NCBI GenBank assembly: GCA_951406725.2
Contig: OX597817.1
Span: 11,532,001 to 11,596,000 of the forward strand
Reading direction: 5' to 3'
Source of the DNA: Octopus vulgaris
Lineage: Eukaryota
DNA: 64,000 bases
Made by a program: the position numbers and the translations under genes
The notes under the pieces: model-generated
What the model saw: only the letters and a program-made list of their open reading frames with translations
Told to the model about the DNA's origin: nothing
Database searches by the model: none
Part shown: positions 14,190-25,991 of the stretch, one piece after another
Layout: each line of letters opens with the position of its first letter
How positions within the stretch are numbered: the stretch's first letter is position 1

Positions 14190-14385
14190 GGGAGACGCTG
14201 TGCCGTGTAGGAAAAGCGGTCAGATCTACCTGAAATTATACCTTATAGTCTTAAGGAAAAATAATTTATGTAGCTCATGAGGTACGCTTTCTGATAAAGA
14301 AAAACGTGACGGTTATGACTAGAATGCCTTTCATCAGAATTCTACTCGATCAGAGCTGGGTTTCGACTAAACACAACAGCAACAA
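14190..14385 (+). mobile_element. Old SINE-like repeat with (CAA)n-like tail
   Basis: GACTAGAATGCCTTTCATCAG...CTCGATCAGAGCTG...CTAAACACAACAGCAACAA; similar degenerate copies near 48560-48690 (-), 50215-50440 and 59440-59540. Confidence 0.45.
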
Positions 14386-14658
14386 TAGAAATTATTGAGA
14401 AATGCGTAAATTTTTAGAAACACCTCAAATTCTAATGATGCTATCAAGATCAACCTTGGCTTTGTAAACTAAATGAAAAGTGTTTCTCTCGTGATAGCAG
14501 CGTATTTTTTCCAAACAAAGTTTATCGAAACTACATTATCGAATGTGTTTTAGGGTTTGATATCAAGAAGTTTGGATTGTTAATTCTTATTGTATCCCCC
14601 AACTCTTGTATAAATAACACGTTTGATCAAGATGGGTCTTTTGTTTTTAATCTATATA

Positions 14659-14850
14659 CAATAATCCCTCGCCATATCGCAGTTCACCTATTGCGTATTC
14701 AGTACATCGCGGATTTTTCTGGCTAAATTATGTAAATTTATATCGTGGACTCCTCAGTATATGGCGGGTTTCTGCTGCCGATAGGTATTTATATATTTTT
14801 AGATTTTGATTATTTCTGTAGGCGGTTTTCGAACATAACACTCGTGATTA
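14659..14850 (-). mobile_element. pogo/Tigger-like MITE relic
   Basis: TA|CAATAATCCCTCGCCATATCGCAGTTCACCTATTGCG terminus; related to 6968-7162. Confidence 0.55.
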
Positions 14851-15106
14851 ATCAATATATGAAAAATAGTGTGAGAATACTATTATTTAGATGTCTAGTT
14901 GTGCCACGTTTCGTTTGTCATACGTTAATTTCTAAGTGTTCTAGTTTCAGTCGTCAAACAATAGGGTGTTAGCTGTATCGTTTACTTCCTTTCGTGTTAT
15001 CTTTAATGTAGCCTTCTTTATTATTCAACTGGAAAGTTTTCTTTTCAAACTGTAAACGATTTAGTCCGTCTCAAAGCCAGTTTTCTCATAATCACACAAC
15101 CGCATA

Positions 15107-15502
15107 TCTTTATATATAAAAGTGAGGTTGTGTGCTGTCTGTCTCCTACGATTTAGATTCCTAACTACTCCCACATTTTGCGGTGCAGTTTAACAAAAAC
15201 CGGGTATCTTATAGTCGTGATTCATATCGAGCGCTTCTGGGTATTAACGCGCGTCTACGATGAGTCTACGATTTAAAAAAAAATTTACCATCAATTTTTC
15301 CCATTTTTAATGCATTTTTGGCATATATAAGGGAAGTAACTCTCTAAAAATTTATTATTAAATCTCAGAACGTAAAAAGCTACAGTAACACCCCCTCCCT
15401 TTGTGGTTAGCCATATTGAGATGGCTATTATACTTTACATCTCTAAAAATGCTTATATAGTTATTTCCGTTACAAACCCGAGCAACGCTGGGCGACTGCT
15501 AG
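15107..15502 (+). mobile_element. Non-autonomous Helitron
   Basis: A|TC 5' end, subterminal hairpin CCCGAGCAACGCTGGG, CTAG|T 3' end, no TSD. Confidence 0.9.
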
Positions 15503-15845
15503 TAAATATATAAGGAGCATCAATAATGTGGTGAAATTAATCGACTTCCTTATTTAAATGAAAACAAGTCGCACATGCAGGTTCTTGAAGTTTATTTTCC
15601 CAGCTTTACAGTTCTTGCGAAACTACTTGACTCTGAAATATTTCCAGTTATGAGTTCTGGGTTCTTGTTCAAAAGCCCTTCATAAATTTTATCGCAGTTT
15701 GCTTCTATCTTTTAACCTGATTTAGTTGTTGCGCCACAGTTTATTAATCAATACATTCCTTACCGTACATTAAATTGCTCTGGTGCAATCGCAAAATATA
15801 CGTGCTGATTCTTCTCCTCCCACCTCTCTCTCTCTGTCTGTCTAA

Positions 15846-15889
15846 CTATCTATCTATCTATCTATTTATTTATCTATCTATCTATCTCC

Positions 15890-15935
<46 letters not shown>

Positions 15936-15937
15936 CC

Positions 15938-15985
<48 letters not shown>

Positions 15986-16001
15986 TTATCTATCTATCTC
16001 C

Positions 16002-16063
<62 letters not shown>
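15846..16063. repeat. (ATCT)n tetranucleotide microsatellite
   Basis: Direct reading. Confidence 0.95.
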
Positions 16064-16064
<1 letters not shown>

Positions 16065-16307
16065 AATATTATAATTATATCCATTTGAGACGTCATTATA
16101 ATTCGGCAATTCTGTGCATTTTTCTTCACTCTGAGACTTATTGTAGAATAATCTATTGTTATTACTAACGCTAACTGAATATGATTGTTGCAGGAATGTT
16201 TTAAAGGATCGCTTACCTTGATCGTTTGTATTTCATTAATTATAATTTGATAAGTCAAAACTTAATGAAAATATAAAAAAATTTTCTTCATAATTTCTTT
16301 TACTTAC

Positions 16308-16377
16308 CTCACAGATATATATTTAGTATTCATGGTCAATCATTTCACATCGTTCACCGATATAACCAGCCGGGCAA
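16308..16377 (-). CDS. Candidate exon encoding the C-terminal half of an EGF-like domain (EGFR-ligand type), coding part 16377-16323
   Basis: Minus strand CTAAT...TTGCAG|T TGC CCG GCT GGT TAT ATC GGT GAA CGA TGT GAA ATG ATT GAC CAT GAA TAC TAA ... GAG|GTAAGT gives xCPAGYIGERCEMIDHEY*; canonical acceptor, possible branch point and a consensus donor. Confidence 0.7.
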
Positions 16378-16443
16378 CTGCAATTGACAAATTAGATTTT
16401 AAATTAACAAGCGGAAATGTAGCAGGCGCAAACATATTAAATA

Positions 16444-16661
16444 TTGGTTTCAAATTTTGGCACACAAGACCAGCAATTTCGGGTGAGGGGTATAAGTCGA
16501 TTACATCGATCTCAGTGTCCAACTGGTACTATTTTATCGGGCCCGAAAAGATGGAAGACAAAGATCGACTCCGTCGGCATTTGAACTCAAAACGTGAAGT
16601 CGGAAGAAATACTGCTAGGCACTTAGTCCAGCGTTGGCAACGATTCTGCCAGCTTGCCGCT
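16444..16661 (-). mobile_element. SINE B
   Basis: Reverse complement of the family B head, ending in the CCAAAATTTGAAACCAA-type tail. Confidence 0.8.
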
Positions 16662-16753
16662 TTATGGAAACGATGAATATTAAAACATAGTTAAATATTA
16701 TTCATTGTTTAACTATGTATCGGACATCCATACAAATGACGCAAAGTGTGTGA

Positions 16754-16905
16754 CCTTGACATTTATGATGGCAAGTTGAAATTAGCGTAGTCCTTCACCT
16801 TTCTGTTAGCAAGTTAAAATTACCGTTGTCCTTGACCTTTCTGTTGGCAAGTTAACATTACCGTTGCCCTTGACCTTTCTGCTGGCAAGTTAAAATTAGC
16901 GTAGA
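16754..16905. repeat. 38-bp minisatellite, 4 units
   Basis: Consensus CCTTGACCTTTCTGTTGGCAAGTTAAAATTACCGTTGT repeated four times. Confidence 0.9.
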
Positions 16906-18070
16906 GCTATGTACTAGAACATTCGGTTGGGATCCCTTCTTCCTCATATTTACAATAGCAAAAAACAAAAAAGAGGAAAATAAAAAAGGTCAGAAAAGTT
17001 CGGTATATTATTAATTGTGTATTTCATGAAATACTTTTTGCTAATTGAGACATTAATGAAATATATATAACGAAGGACATAATACAAAGCTCAAATTACC
17101 TCTGTAATAAAAGGATAATATAAAATTTCTGTAACTAAATAGATTTGTTATTGTATCTGTTCTTTTAGTAATATACAAATATGCATATATGAAAGTCTAA
17201 GTTCATCATCAGTTGTCGATTGGAAATCATTAAAATTTCGACACCTATAACAATATTGTTTGTTACAGTGGTGCCGACAGCATATTGGGCTGTGAGAATA
17301 TGTACAGGTGAACATGAAAATTGTACGAAAAGTATATAACGTTGTTGGCAGAATAACTGCAAAACGAAACGAAAAGAGAATATAAGTAACCTTCCGGCTG
17401 AAACGATGAATTTAGGAGAAGTTGCTCGTTTCGTAAAGAACGGGAAAATACAAATCGATACGAACAAGGAAATGTATTGTTTTTTTTGTTTGTTTTTTTT
17501 TTAAAATCAAACGATAAATTTAAAACTAGTTGTATGAACACCGGAAACAGTAAAAACCGAATCAAGCACGCAGAAAAAAATATATATAGTCATTCGAGAA
17601 AAAGTTCAAATCTCATACAGATTTGCAAGTAACGCATGAAATAACCATTAGACGTTGCAGACTTGTCGACTTATTCACTAAGCAACTCTTATCAAAGTAA
17701 AACTATCATACATGATATTCCAGGAGTACTCATTATCTTTATTTAAGATACTAGGGTATGAATTTGCAGAGACTTCATGGTAGAGGTCGTTGACTTAAGT
17801 TATCGGGTTCATGTTCACGAAATTTTATTTTCCAATTCAACTATATTCATAATAACTATAAAATATTTTTGAGAAACTCAAAGTTTTCTACCGAATTGTT
17901 ACTTAATAGTTGACGATATAGTATTAAAATGAAGTTCAATAATTTCTCTCGATACATTGATAAATAGACCCTACTTTCTGTTCTTTAATGCTAACTTATA
18001 ACAATGGAGATATGGGCAATAGAAATATAGTTCAAAAAGCGAATAAAATAGAAAGGCAGGTGTGAGAATA

Positions 18071-18372
18071 TCTTTATATATAAAAGTGAGGTTGTGTGCT
18101 GTCTGTCTCCTTCGATTTAGATTCCTAACTACTCCCACATTTTGCGGTGCAGTTTAACCAAAACCGGGTATCTTATAGTTGTGATTCATATCGAGCCCTT
18201 CTGGGTATTAGTGTGCGTCTACGATGAGTCTACGATTTAAAAAAAAAATTACCATAATTTTTTTTCCATTTTTAATGCATTTTTTGTTATTATATAAGGG
18301 AAGTAACTCTCTAAAAATGCTTATATAGTTATTTCCCCTACAAACCCGAGCAACGCCGGGCGATACTGCTAG
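18071..18372 (+). mobile_element. Non-autonomous Helitron
   Basis: A|TCTTTATATATAAAAGTGAGG...CCCGAGCAACGCCGGGCGATACTGCTAG|T. Confidence 0.92.
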
Positions 18373-18677
18373 TCATACATAAATATGCCGAAGAGGAAGA
18401 ATATTTACAAAAGGGAAGTTATGTGCATGAACGTATGTAAAACTAAAGAGAATGATGTCACAAGATGAAAAGAAAGTAAGAGAACAAATCCGGAAGCTGT
18501 CGCTCTAACCTAGAGTTTTATATCTTGGGCAGATACGAGACTGAACAAACGACAGAATTGATTTACAAATTATATTTAGCAAATCGAATCGTAGCTGAAG
18601 GTCGTTTTTCATAATAAATAAGTCGGAAAATTAAAGTTAAACATTGATGTAGTTATATAAGTATATGATAAGTATAT

Positions 18678-19162
18678 CTTTTATCTTTTACTTGTTTCAG
18701 TCATTAGGCTGTGGCCATACTGGGGCACCGCCTTAAAGAGTTTAGCCGAATAAATCGAATCCAGTACTTCATTTCTAAAGCCTCGTACTTATTCTCTTGG
18801 TCTCTTTCGCCGAACCGCTAAGTTACGGGTACGTAAACAAATCTACACTTGATGGTGGGGGACAAACACAAACGCACACACACAGATATATACACACGCA
18901 CACGCATATACATACACACGCACACACATTCTCTCTCTCTCTCACACACACACACATTCTCTCTCTCTCTCTCTCACACACATACACACACAACCACACA
19001 CATATACACACACAACAAGTTTCTTTCAGTTTCTGTTTCACAAATCCACTCATAAGGCTTTGCTCGACCCGGCACAGAGTAGAAAACACTTGCTCGCAGG
19101 GTTACGGAGAGTGACTGAACTTGAAAACATATGTGGGGAGCAAGCATCTTACCAAACAGCAA
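18678..19162 (-). mobile_element. Older SINE A-related copy
   Basis: TTTTACTTGTTTCAGTCATT...CCGAACCGCTAAGTTACGGG...TTCTTTCAGTTTC...CAAATCCACTCA with internal CA/CT repeats. Confidence 0.8.
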
Positions 19163-19497
19163 AAGCGTTAAGTGCTTTTAGTGCTTATATCAGGCATAAA
19201 AAAAGAAGTATACATTAAAGCAACATAAAGCTAAGGAAATAGATCTCAATTAGTATAAAACATTAAAGCAAATACTAGTAATTGCAAGTATTCACATATC
19301 TGTAGCAATTAAATCTCTATGGCAGTCAGATATCTTTAACAGTCAGCTGAACAGTATATAATATACGCAGTGTGAACGAAAGGAAATAATATTCTTACAT
19401 ATCAAGAGGGCAGACACGAGAAAATAATAGAAAAATTAACAAAAGTATGATTAATAGTTATTGAAGATAAAGTAAGGGGAAAAAACGACAGAACTTG

Positions 19498-19640
19498 CAC
19501 GGGTGGCTCTGGTAAGGAGTTTGTTTGCCTCCTAAATCCACAGTTCCAGGTTCAGTCCCGAAAGTGTCTTCTACTATAACCTCGGATCGATCAAAACCTT
19601 ATGAGTGGATTTGCTTGACGGAAACTGAAGGAAGCTCAAC
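19498..19640 (+). mobile_element. Degenerate SINE A 5' half
   Basis: GTTCCAGGTTCAGTCCC..AGTGTCTTCTACTATA..TGAGTGGATTTG..GACGGAAACTGAAGGAAGC. Confidence 0.65.
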
Positions 19641-20182
19641 CATTTATATATATATTTATATTTGTAGTGCAATATATATGAATTTATAGAATCTTGTGGC
19701 TATCACAGAAGGCTTCTCTAGCGGACCGGAATTTCATACCACAGTAATCCAACACAGAGGAGTTCAAAACAGAGTTCTGTACTGCTGAAAACCAGGTGAC
19801 CCAACTAATGAAAATATTTCATGAGGAGTATATCAACCATAAAATGTCAAGAAGTTACAGAGGTGAATGCATTTATGTAACTTTTTGTTATTCTTACGGT
19901 TACAGCCGTTTCGTAGCCTTCATCATACAATAATAATGATAATTCTTGTTTATAATAAATTATTTTACATGTCTGCGCCAAAATACATACTACGCATTGC
20001 ACAATACAATCGTGCATTTTCAAATCAATGCAAATAAATAAGGCTTGCGCACCAGATCACAAGAACATCATGGTTACACCAATGCTTGAAGCATTGATAG
20101 AAAGAATTGACATATACGTTAACCTTAATGAGGAATTTAACACGATCGAAAAGAGTATCTTCAAAAGAATTTTATATTTTGC

Positions 20183-20556
20183 TTCAAGGTTCATCCAAGG
20201 CTGGGACCAGGGGCCATACGTCTCCTGTCCAATTCAAGATCACAATATATAGGTACACTGCGACACAGTTTCTTTTCCTCAACAGACCCTGCCCTGCTTA
20301 ACATTGTCCCAAAACTGATCAAAGAGGAAAAGATCCCATCACCTTTAAACGGAGTCTGGACAAATTTCTTCAAGGAATACCAGGTAAGCCACCTATACCT
20401 GGATACAACTCACTCAACAAAAGCTCATTACTTGAATGAACCATAATATCACAAAAAAATTGACTTAAAATGTATTTAGATAATCTTATCAGGTGGTGCT
20501 ATTAAGTTAGACATGGCCTGGACCAATCTTTGGTTGAAACATATCTAAGTTTATAA
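20183..20556 (+). mobile_element. CR1-like LINE 3' end (same family as 54265-55710)
   Basis: Begins TTCAAGGTTCATCCAAGGCTGGGA as at 55675; encodes a degenerate FKRSLDKFLQGIPGKP-type C-terminus, then a 3'UTR. Confidence 0.7.
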
Positions 20557-20566
20557 ACGCTACACA

Positions 20567-20614
<48 letters not shown>

Positions 20615-20636
20615 TATATATACACTATATATATAT

Positions 20637-20998
20637 GGAAGCACTCCGTCGGTTACGACGATGAGGGTTCCGGTTGATCCGAATCAACGGAACAGCCTGC
20701 TCGTGAAATTAACGTGTAAGTGGCTGAGAACTCCACAGACACGTGTACCCTTAACGTAGTACTCGGGGATATTCAGCGTGACACAGAGAGTGACAAGGCC
20801 GGTCCTTTGAAGTACAGGTACAACAGAAACAGGAAGTAAGAGTGAGAGAAAGTTGTGGTGAAAGAGTACAGCAGGGATCACCACCATCCCTGCCGGAGCC
20901 TCGTGGAGCTGTTTTCGCTCAATAAACACTCACAACGCCCGGTCTGGGAATCGAAACCGCGATCCTATGACCGCGAGTCCGCTGCCCTAACCACTGGG
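20637..20998 (-). mobile_element. Chimeric SINE: family C head plus family D tail
   Basis: About 20840-20998 matches the SINE C head and body; 20641-20825 matches the 3' half of SINE D at about 37830-38012. Confidence 0.88.
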
Positions 20999-21470
20999 TC
21001 ACTGCATATATGTATACATATATGTATATATGTATGTATATATATATGGAATCGAGAAGATAAAACTATGTAAGAGCTCGTTGTGTGGATTTTATTTGTA
21101 CTTCAAAAGATACAACTTGTCAAACAGTGTGTCACGCTGATTCTGCCAAAGAAATACAAAACGTGTAATGTGTCTTTAAAATGCACACCCATCTGCAAAA
21201 TAATTCAATGAACCAAGGATTCAAATGATGGAATGTACAAACATTCATCCATGCATGTATATATTATGCTTGTCTGTATGTATGTATACAAGTCTATTTC
21301 TGCGCCGTCCCATTCACATTAGTAATCCACCTCTAAGCAAAATAGCATTTTATGTTGAATGGTACCTAAAAATTTCATTATTTACAGAAATGATCATAAA
21401 GCAGTAGATTGACCAGTATTTCGTTCCACAGAATTCGTTAATAAATAAAAAAAAACAATGCAAAGGTAAT

Positions 21471-21532
<62 letters not shown>

Positions 21533-21677
21533 AGCCCTTTCTATCTGCCTCTTTTTTATTTCTCCTGCGGTATAGAACGCTGCTTCCATCTCCAAAAAAG
21601 CGGTGCAAGACCCAGCGTATCGACAAAAAACTTTTCAGTTTCTGACAACATCAGCGTGTCAGTATATATATATATAT

Positions 21678-22135
21678 ATAAAGGAATACCAAAAATGGGA
21701 CAAGTTCACAAAACATCAAGACAGACGATAAAAAAAAACAAGGACGGGTCACTCGGAGTTTTCTTTCTTCAGTCAAGTTCTAGATTATCTTTGCAATTTC
21801 GGCTGCTTATACTCGAGATTGCTCAAATCTGGCCAACCCCAAGGAAAATCTAAACGAAGAGCAATAGGTTCCTTGGAAGAAAGCAACCAATGTATACGAA
21901 AAAAAGGATAGAAAAAACGGATAAATGGTACACAAATCCAAATGCAAATAAGGATATTAACAACAGGTGTCTTTCGACTAAGAACAAATTAAATTAAGCT
22001 GGCGTGTGTGGAAGTGAAGCCTTACGGCAGGGACATAAGAAATGACAAGCATAGGGAGGGATATAGATGTTGCACGGATGGTAGTCGAACCACGAAATAA
22101 AAGTTAGGCTTGGCCGAACACCGATCACGTGGAGA
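21678..22135. repeat. Unclassified dispersed repeat, partial second copy at about 23015-23085
   Basis: AAAGGAATACCAAAAA..GGACAAG...CAAAACATC.AG shared between 21680 and 23019; abuts (TA)n. Confidence 0.45.
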
Positions 22136-22372
22136 GAGAAGAGAGAGGTAGAGGCAGAGGGATAGAAGAATTAGGGAGGGACGAGAAAAAAGAAAAGGGA
22201 CAGAGTGAAGTGAAAGAGGAGGGAAGGTGAGAATGAAGAGAAAGCCTGGAAATGTGAGAGAGGGGAGACGAAAGAAAAAAGAATGGAGAAAACGAAGTAA
22301 GTGTGAAGGGGCTGATAGAAAGAAGGAAAGAATGAAAGAATAATTGAGTCGTACAAAATTTATATATATATA

Positions 22373-22754
22373 TCTATATATATAAAACTGTAGTTGTGTG
22401 AGTGTCTGTCCCCTTCGATTTAGATTCCTAACTACTCCCACATTTTGCGGTGCAGTTTAACCAAAACGGGGTATCTTATAGTCGTGATTCATATCGAGCC
22501 CTTCTGGGTATTAGCGCGCGTCTACGATGAGTCTACAATTTTAAAAATAATTCACCATCATCTTTTTCCATTTTTATGCATATTTTTTTAAAGGGAAGTA
22601 ACTCTCTAAAAATGTCTACGATGAGTCAACGATTAAAAAAAAATTTACCATCATATTTTTTCCATTTTTTTGCTATTTTTTGGCTATAACTCTCTAAAAA
22701 TGCTGTATAGTTATTTCTCTTACAAACCCGAGCAACGCCGGGCGACACTGCTAG
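22373..22754 (+). mobile_element. Non-autonomous Helitron with two internal subunits
   Basis: A|TC start, duplicated TCTACGATGAGTC...AACTCTCTAAAAATG unit, hairpin, CTAG|T. Confidence 0.92.
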
Positions 22755-22809
22755 TATATATATATATATGTACTTACATATAAGAGACCAAAGTGTACGT
22801 ACGCCGTTA

Positions 22810-23007
22810 TCTCTCTCTATATAAACGGCAGTTTGTCTGTGCGTTTTCTGTGTGTCTGTTTTCTCGTACCCTCACTCTGACCACGGCTTTCAACCGATTC
22901 TGATGAAACTTGACAACATGGGGTCCTATTTTTTTGCTATAACTCTCTAAAAATGCTTTATAGTTATTTCCCTTACAAACCTGAGCAACGCCGGGCGATA
23001 CTGCTAG
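22810..23007 (+). mobile_element. Short Helitron with a different 5' end and the same 3' end
   Basis: A|TCTCTCTCTATATAAACGGCAG...CAACCGATTCTGATGAAACTTG, then the shared AACTCTCTAAAAATGC...GCAACGCCGGGCGATACTGCTAG|T. Confidence 0.85.
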
Positions 23008-23374
23008 TATTTATATAAAAAGGAATACCAAAAACAGGACAAGAACGCAAAACATCCAGCCAGTTAGAGGATACAAAAAAGTGACATATGTATATATAAG
23101 TGCTACGGCTTTCTGCAATCGTTTGTGTAATCGGCAGCGAGAAACTCACCGTGATGTTTATAAAAGTTTAAGTGTCTAATATAATATACATATGAATGGA
23201 ATCATAATTTTTTGTCTTTGTCTAAACGAGCGTTAATCACTCTTTATGCATCATGTGTGTGCATATGCTTTCTGAGCAGTGTTAGGTGCTTACACCTAAA
23301 AGTAATCTGCAATCTATTTTACAGTCTGCTATATTCATATATTACAAATTCCAAGAATTATATAAAAATGTGTG

Positions 23375-23408
<34 letters not shown>

Positions 23409-23434
23409 TGTATGTATGTATGTATGTATGTATG

Positions 23435-23508
<74 letters not shown>

Positions 23509-24810
23509 GACACACATGCACACACACAACACATACAATTCTGTTCATATGGACCTTAGGAGCATAATAGCGGAAGTATGTGTATGTTTTGGTGCGATCC
23601 GGCCTGTAACCGAGTAACTTACATTTCAAACACCGCCTCTTAACAAAACACACACGTTACAAGTTGTGATACAGCTTCTCTATATTACATATAAGTGTAT
23701 TAAAATAAACCTCTTGCCATATGTCAGCTATTTTTATGCCTGTATGAGACATATACACGAACAATCCTACACATTTACATGCACACAAACATTCAAAGAC
23801 ATATACACACACACCAACACACATTCATATGTGTATAAACCACACTTGTACACTCTGATGCCGACGCACTCATACATACACGTGCTCACGCATGCATCAG
23901 ATATAGACTTTCTTTTACATTCACAAACGCATTTAGCATATATCCGATCAAGTTATGTAACTTCTAATTATATATATTTTGTGCTTCTAATAATATATTT
24001 TGAGACAGATTTTCCATGCTTACCTAGTTTCATTTGAATCCACGTGCTCAACTACTTTAAAACCTATATATTTAGTTGATCTATTTTACATTCTACTTCC
24101 CAGAGAGATTTTCACGTGAAATAATTTTCTGTAGGTTTAGTAACCAACGTGCCACTTACAATGCCACTGCGTAATCCTTTTCTGAACATCCGACGCTGAT
24201 AGAAGTAAACTATTCTCAAACTTGAGACCTCTTCCAAATGCTTGTCCCAAGGTGGATTCTACTAAAGACACCCAAGGATCAGATGATGGTATTAATTTAG
24301 GCGATGGATTAAATTGATGATTTCAGAAGCTATTGGTTAATATTTCAATTGGTATGCCTTTCGAAAGGTTGCTATATTTTATGCAACGAAATACTAGCGT
24401 CTAGTATGGTCCGACAACTACTTGTGAATGAATTTGATTACAGTGATTGAAGCATGCGCAGAGCTATTTTCACTTTCCTAATAAAATAGTGTTCCTCCTG
24501 GATCGGCCAACATTAGTTAGGACAACCAGTAACTGGACGTTTATATTTTATATTAGAATTTAAACAAAACATTAATGGGATCAATTTCACCGATATCAGA
24601 AGGACTGGAAGGGTTATCAGTAATATCCCTTACTCTGCATTCAACTAGTTAAGGTCATTCCATACGTTAACAGAGAAATTTATAGAGTTTATAGTTTATC
24701 AATCTCCAAGAATATCAATAAATATCAGGCAAATAAGTTTAAGAAGAAATTCAGCTATTCAAAGTCTGAAAGGAAAGAATTACAGTAAATAGTAACCCGA
24801 AAATAGTTAG

Positions 24811-25465
24811 CGTCTTCTTCCAACTTCGTCAACGAAGAATTAGATTAAATATTGTATATAGACAATGTTTCAAGCTACGTATTGAGTTGTCTTAATTACC
24901 AAACAGAGGGTGCAACTATGTTTCGACAACTTCTTTATCATTGAAAACAGTATCAAAGCATAGACATGTGGTGTTTCCAGAGAATACATGAAATATAATA
25001 AAAATATGAATTCAAATGAAAGGAGGTGTAACAGAAAAGCTATATTGCATAATTCGATGAATTTAAAAACAAAGAATGATTCATTTTGCAAAGACTTACT
25101 ACCTTGGTCATAGGGGTTGGAAAATCTTTAATACAGATTTTTATCCAGTTTCGAGGACAGGTTTTTCTCATTCGGAACTGACATGTAGACAAGTAAGAGC
25201 AACAGGAACAATAAATTCAGTTGAAGGCAGGGTAGAATTGTGGGCATTTATTGTGTTTTTGAATTTATTGTTCCTGTTGCTCTTACTTGTATCCTCTGGA
25301 AACACCACATGTCTATGCTTTGATACTGTTTCCAATGATAAAGACGTTGTCGAAACATAGTTGCGCCGTCTGTTTGGTAATTAAGACAACTCAATACGTA
25401 ATTTGAAACATTGTCTATATACAATATTTAATCTAATTCTTCGTTGACGAAGTTGGAAGAAGATG
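24811..25465. repeat. Long inverted repeat (178-bp arms) with a nested 30-bp inverted repeat
   Basis: 24811-24988 is the reverse complement of 25288-25465 with few mismatches; 25190-25219 pairs perfectly with 25260-25289. Confidence 0.92.
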
Positions 25466-25744
25466 TATACGCAGAACATAGAAGAACTTAATTATGCAAC
25501 AAAATGTATTTACACCGATGATATGATTCAGATATGGCTACTGATGATACAGGAGACCCGAGGACCACGGTGGATGATATAAAAACTGATACAGAAAGTG
25601 CACTCGAACAGACGGAAATATCACACACCGAATACCCATCGCCAGCGTAGCAAAGAAACATAAATATATAAAGGTGTATGCGTGCTCAGCTTGTGTGTCT
25701 ATACAGAAACGAGGCACGCATACACGCATATGTTTGCATATATG

Positions 25745-25799
<55 letters not shown>

Positions 25800-25930
25800 A
25801 CACACATATATATATATATATGCGCTAAGTGTATATGAACATATCTATATACATGGGTGTATATATATACATATCTATACATATGTATATATGTATATTA
25901 TTGCATACAAACCCACACACAGACACAGAC

Positions 25931-25991
<61 letters not shown>

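Noticed and set aside
16754-16905. Regular 38-bp repeats as a CRISPR-like array
   Set aside because: Units are head-to-tail with no unique spacers; the context is eukaryotic and there are no cas genes.
17165-17357. Strong minus-strand acceptor followed by a Cys-containing frame, considered as the missing EGF C1-C4 exon
   Set aside because: Cys spacing does not fit an EGF domain and I found no phase-2 donor after a Cys codon.
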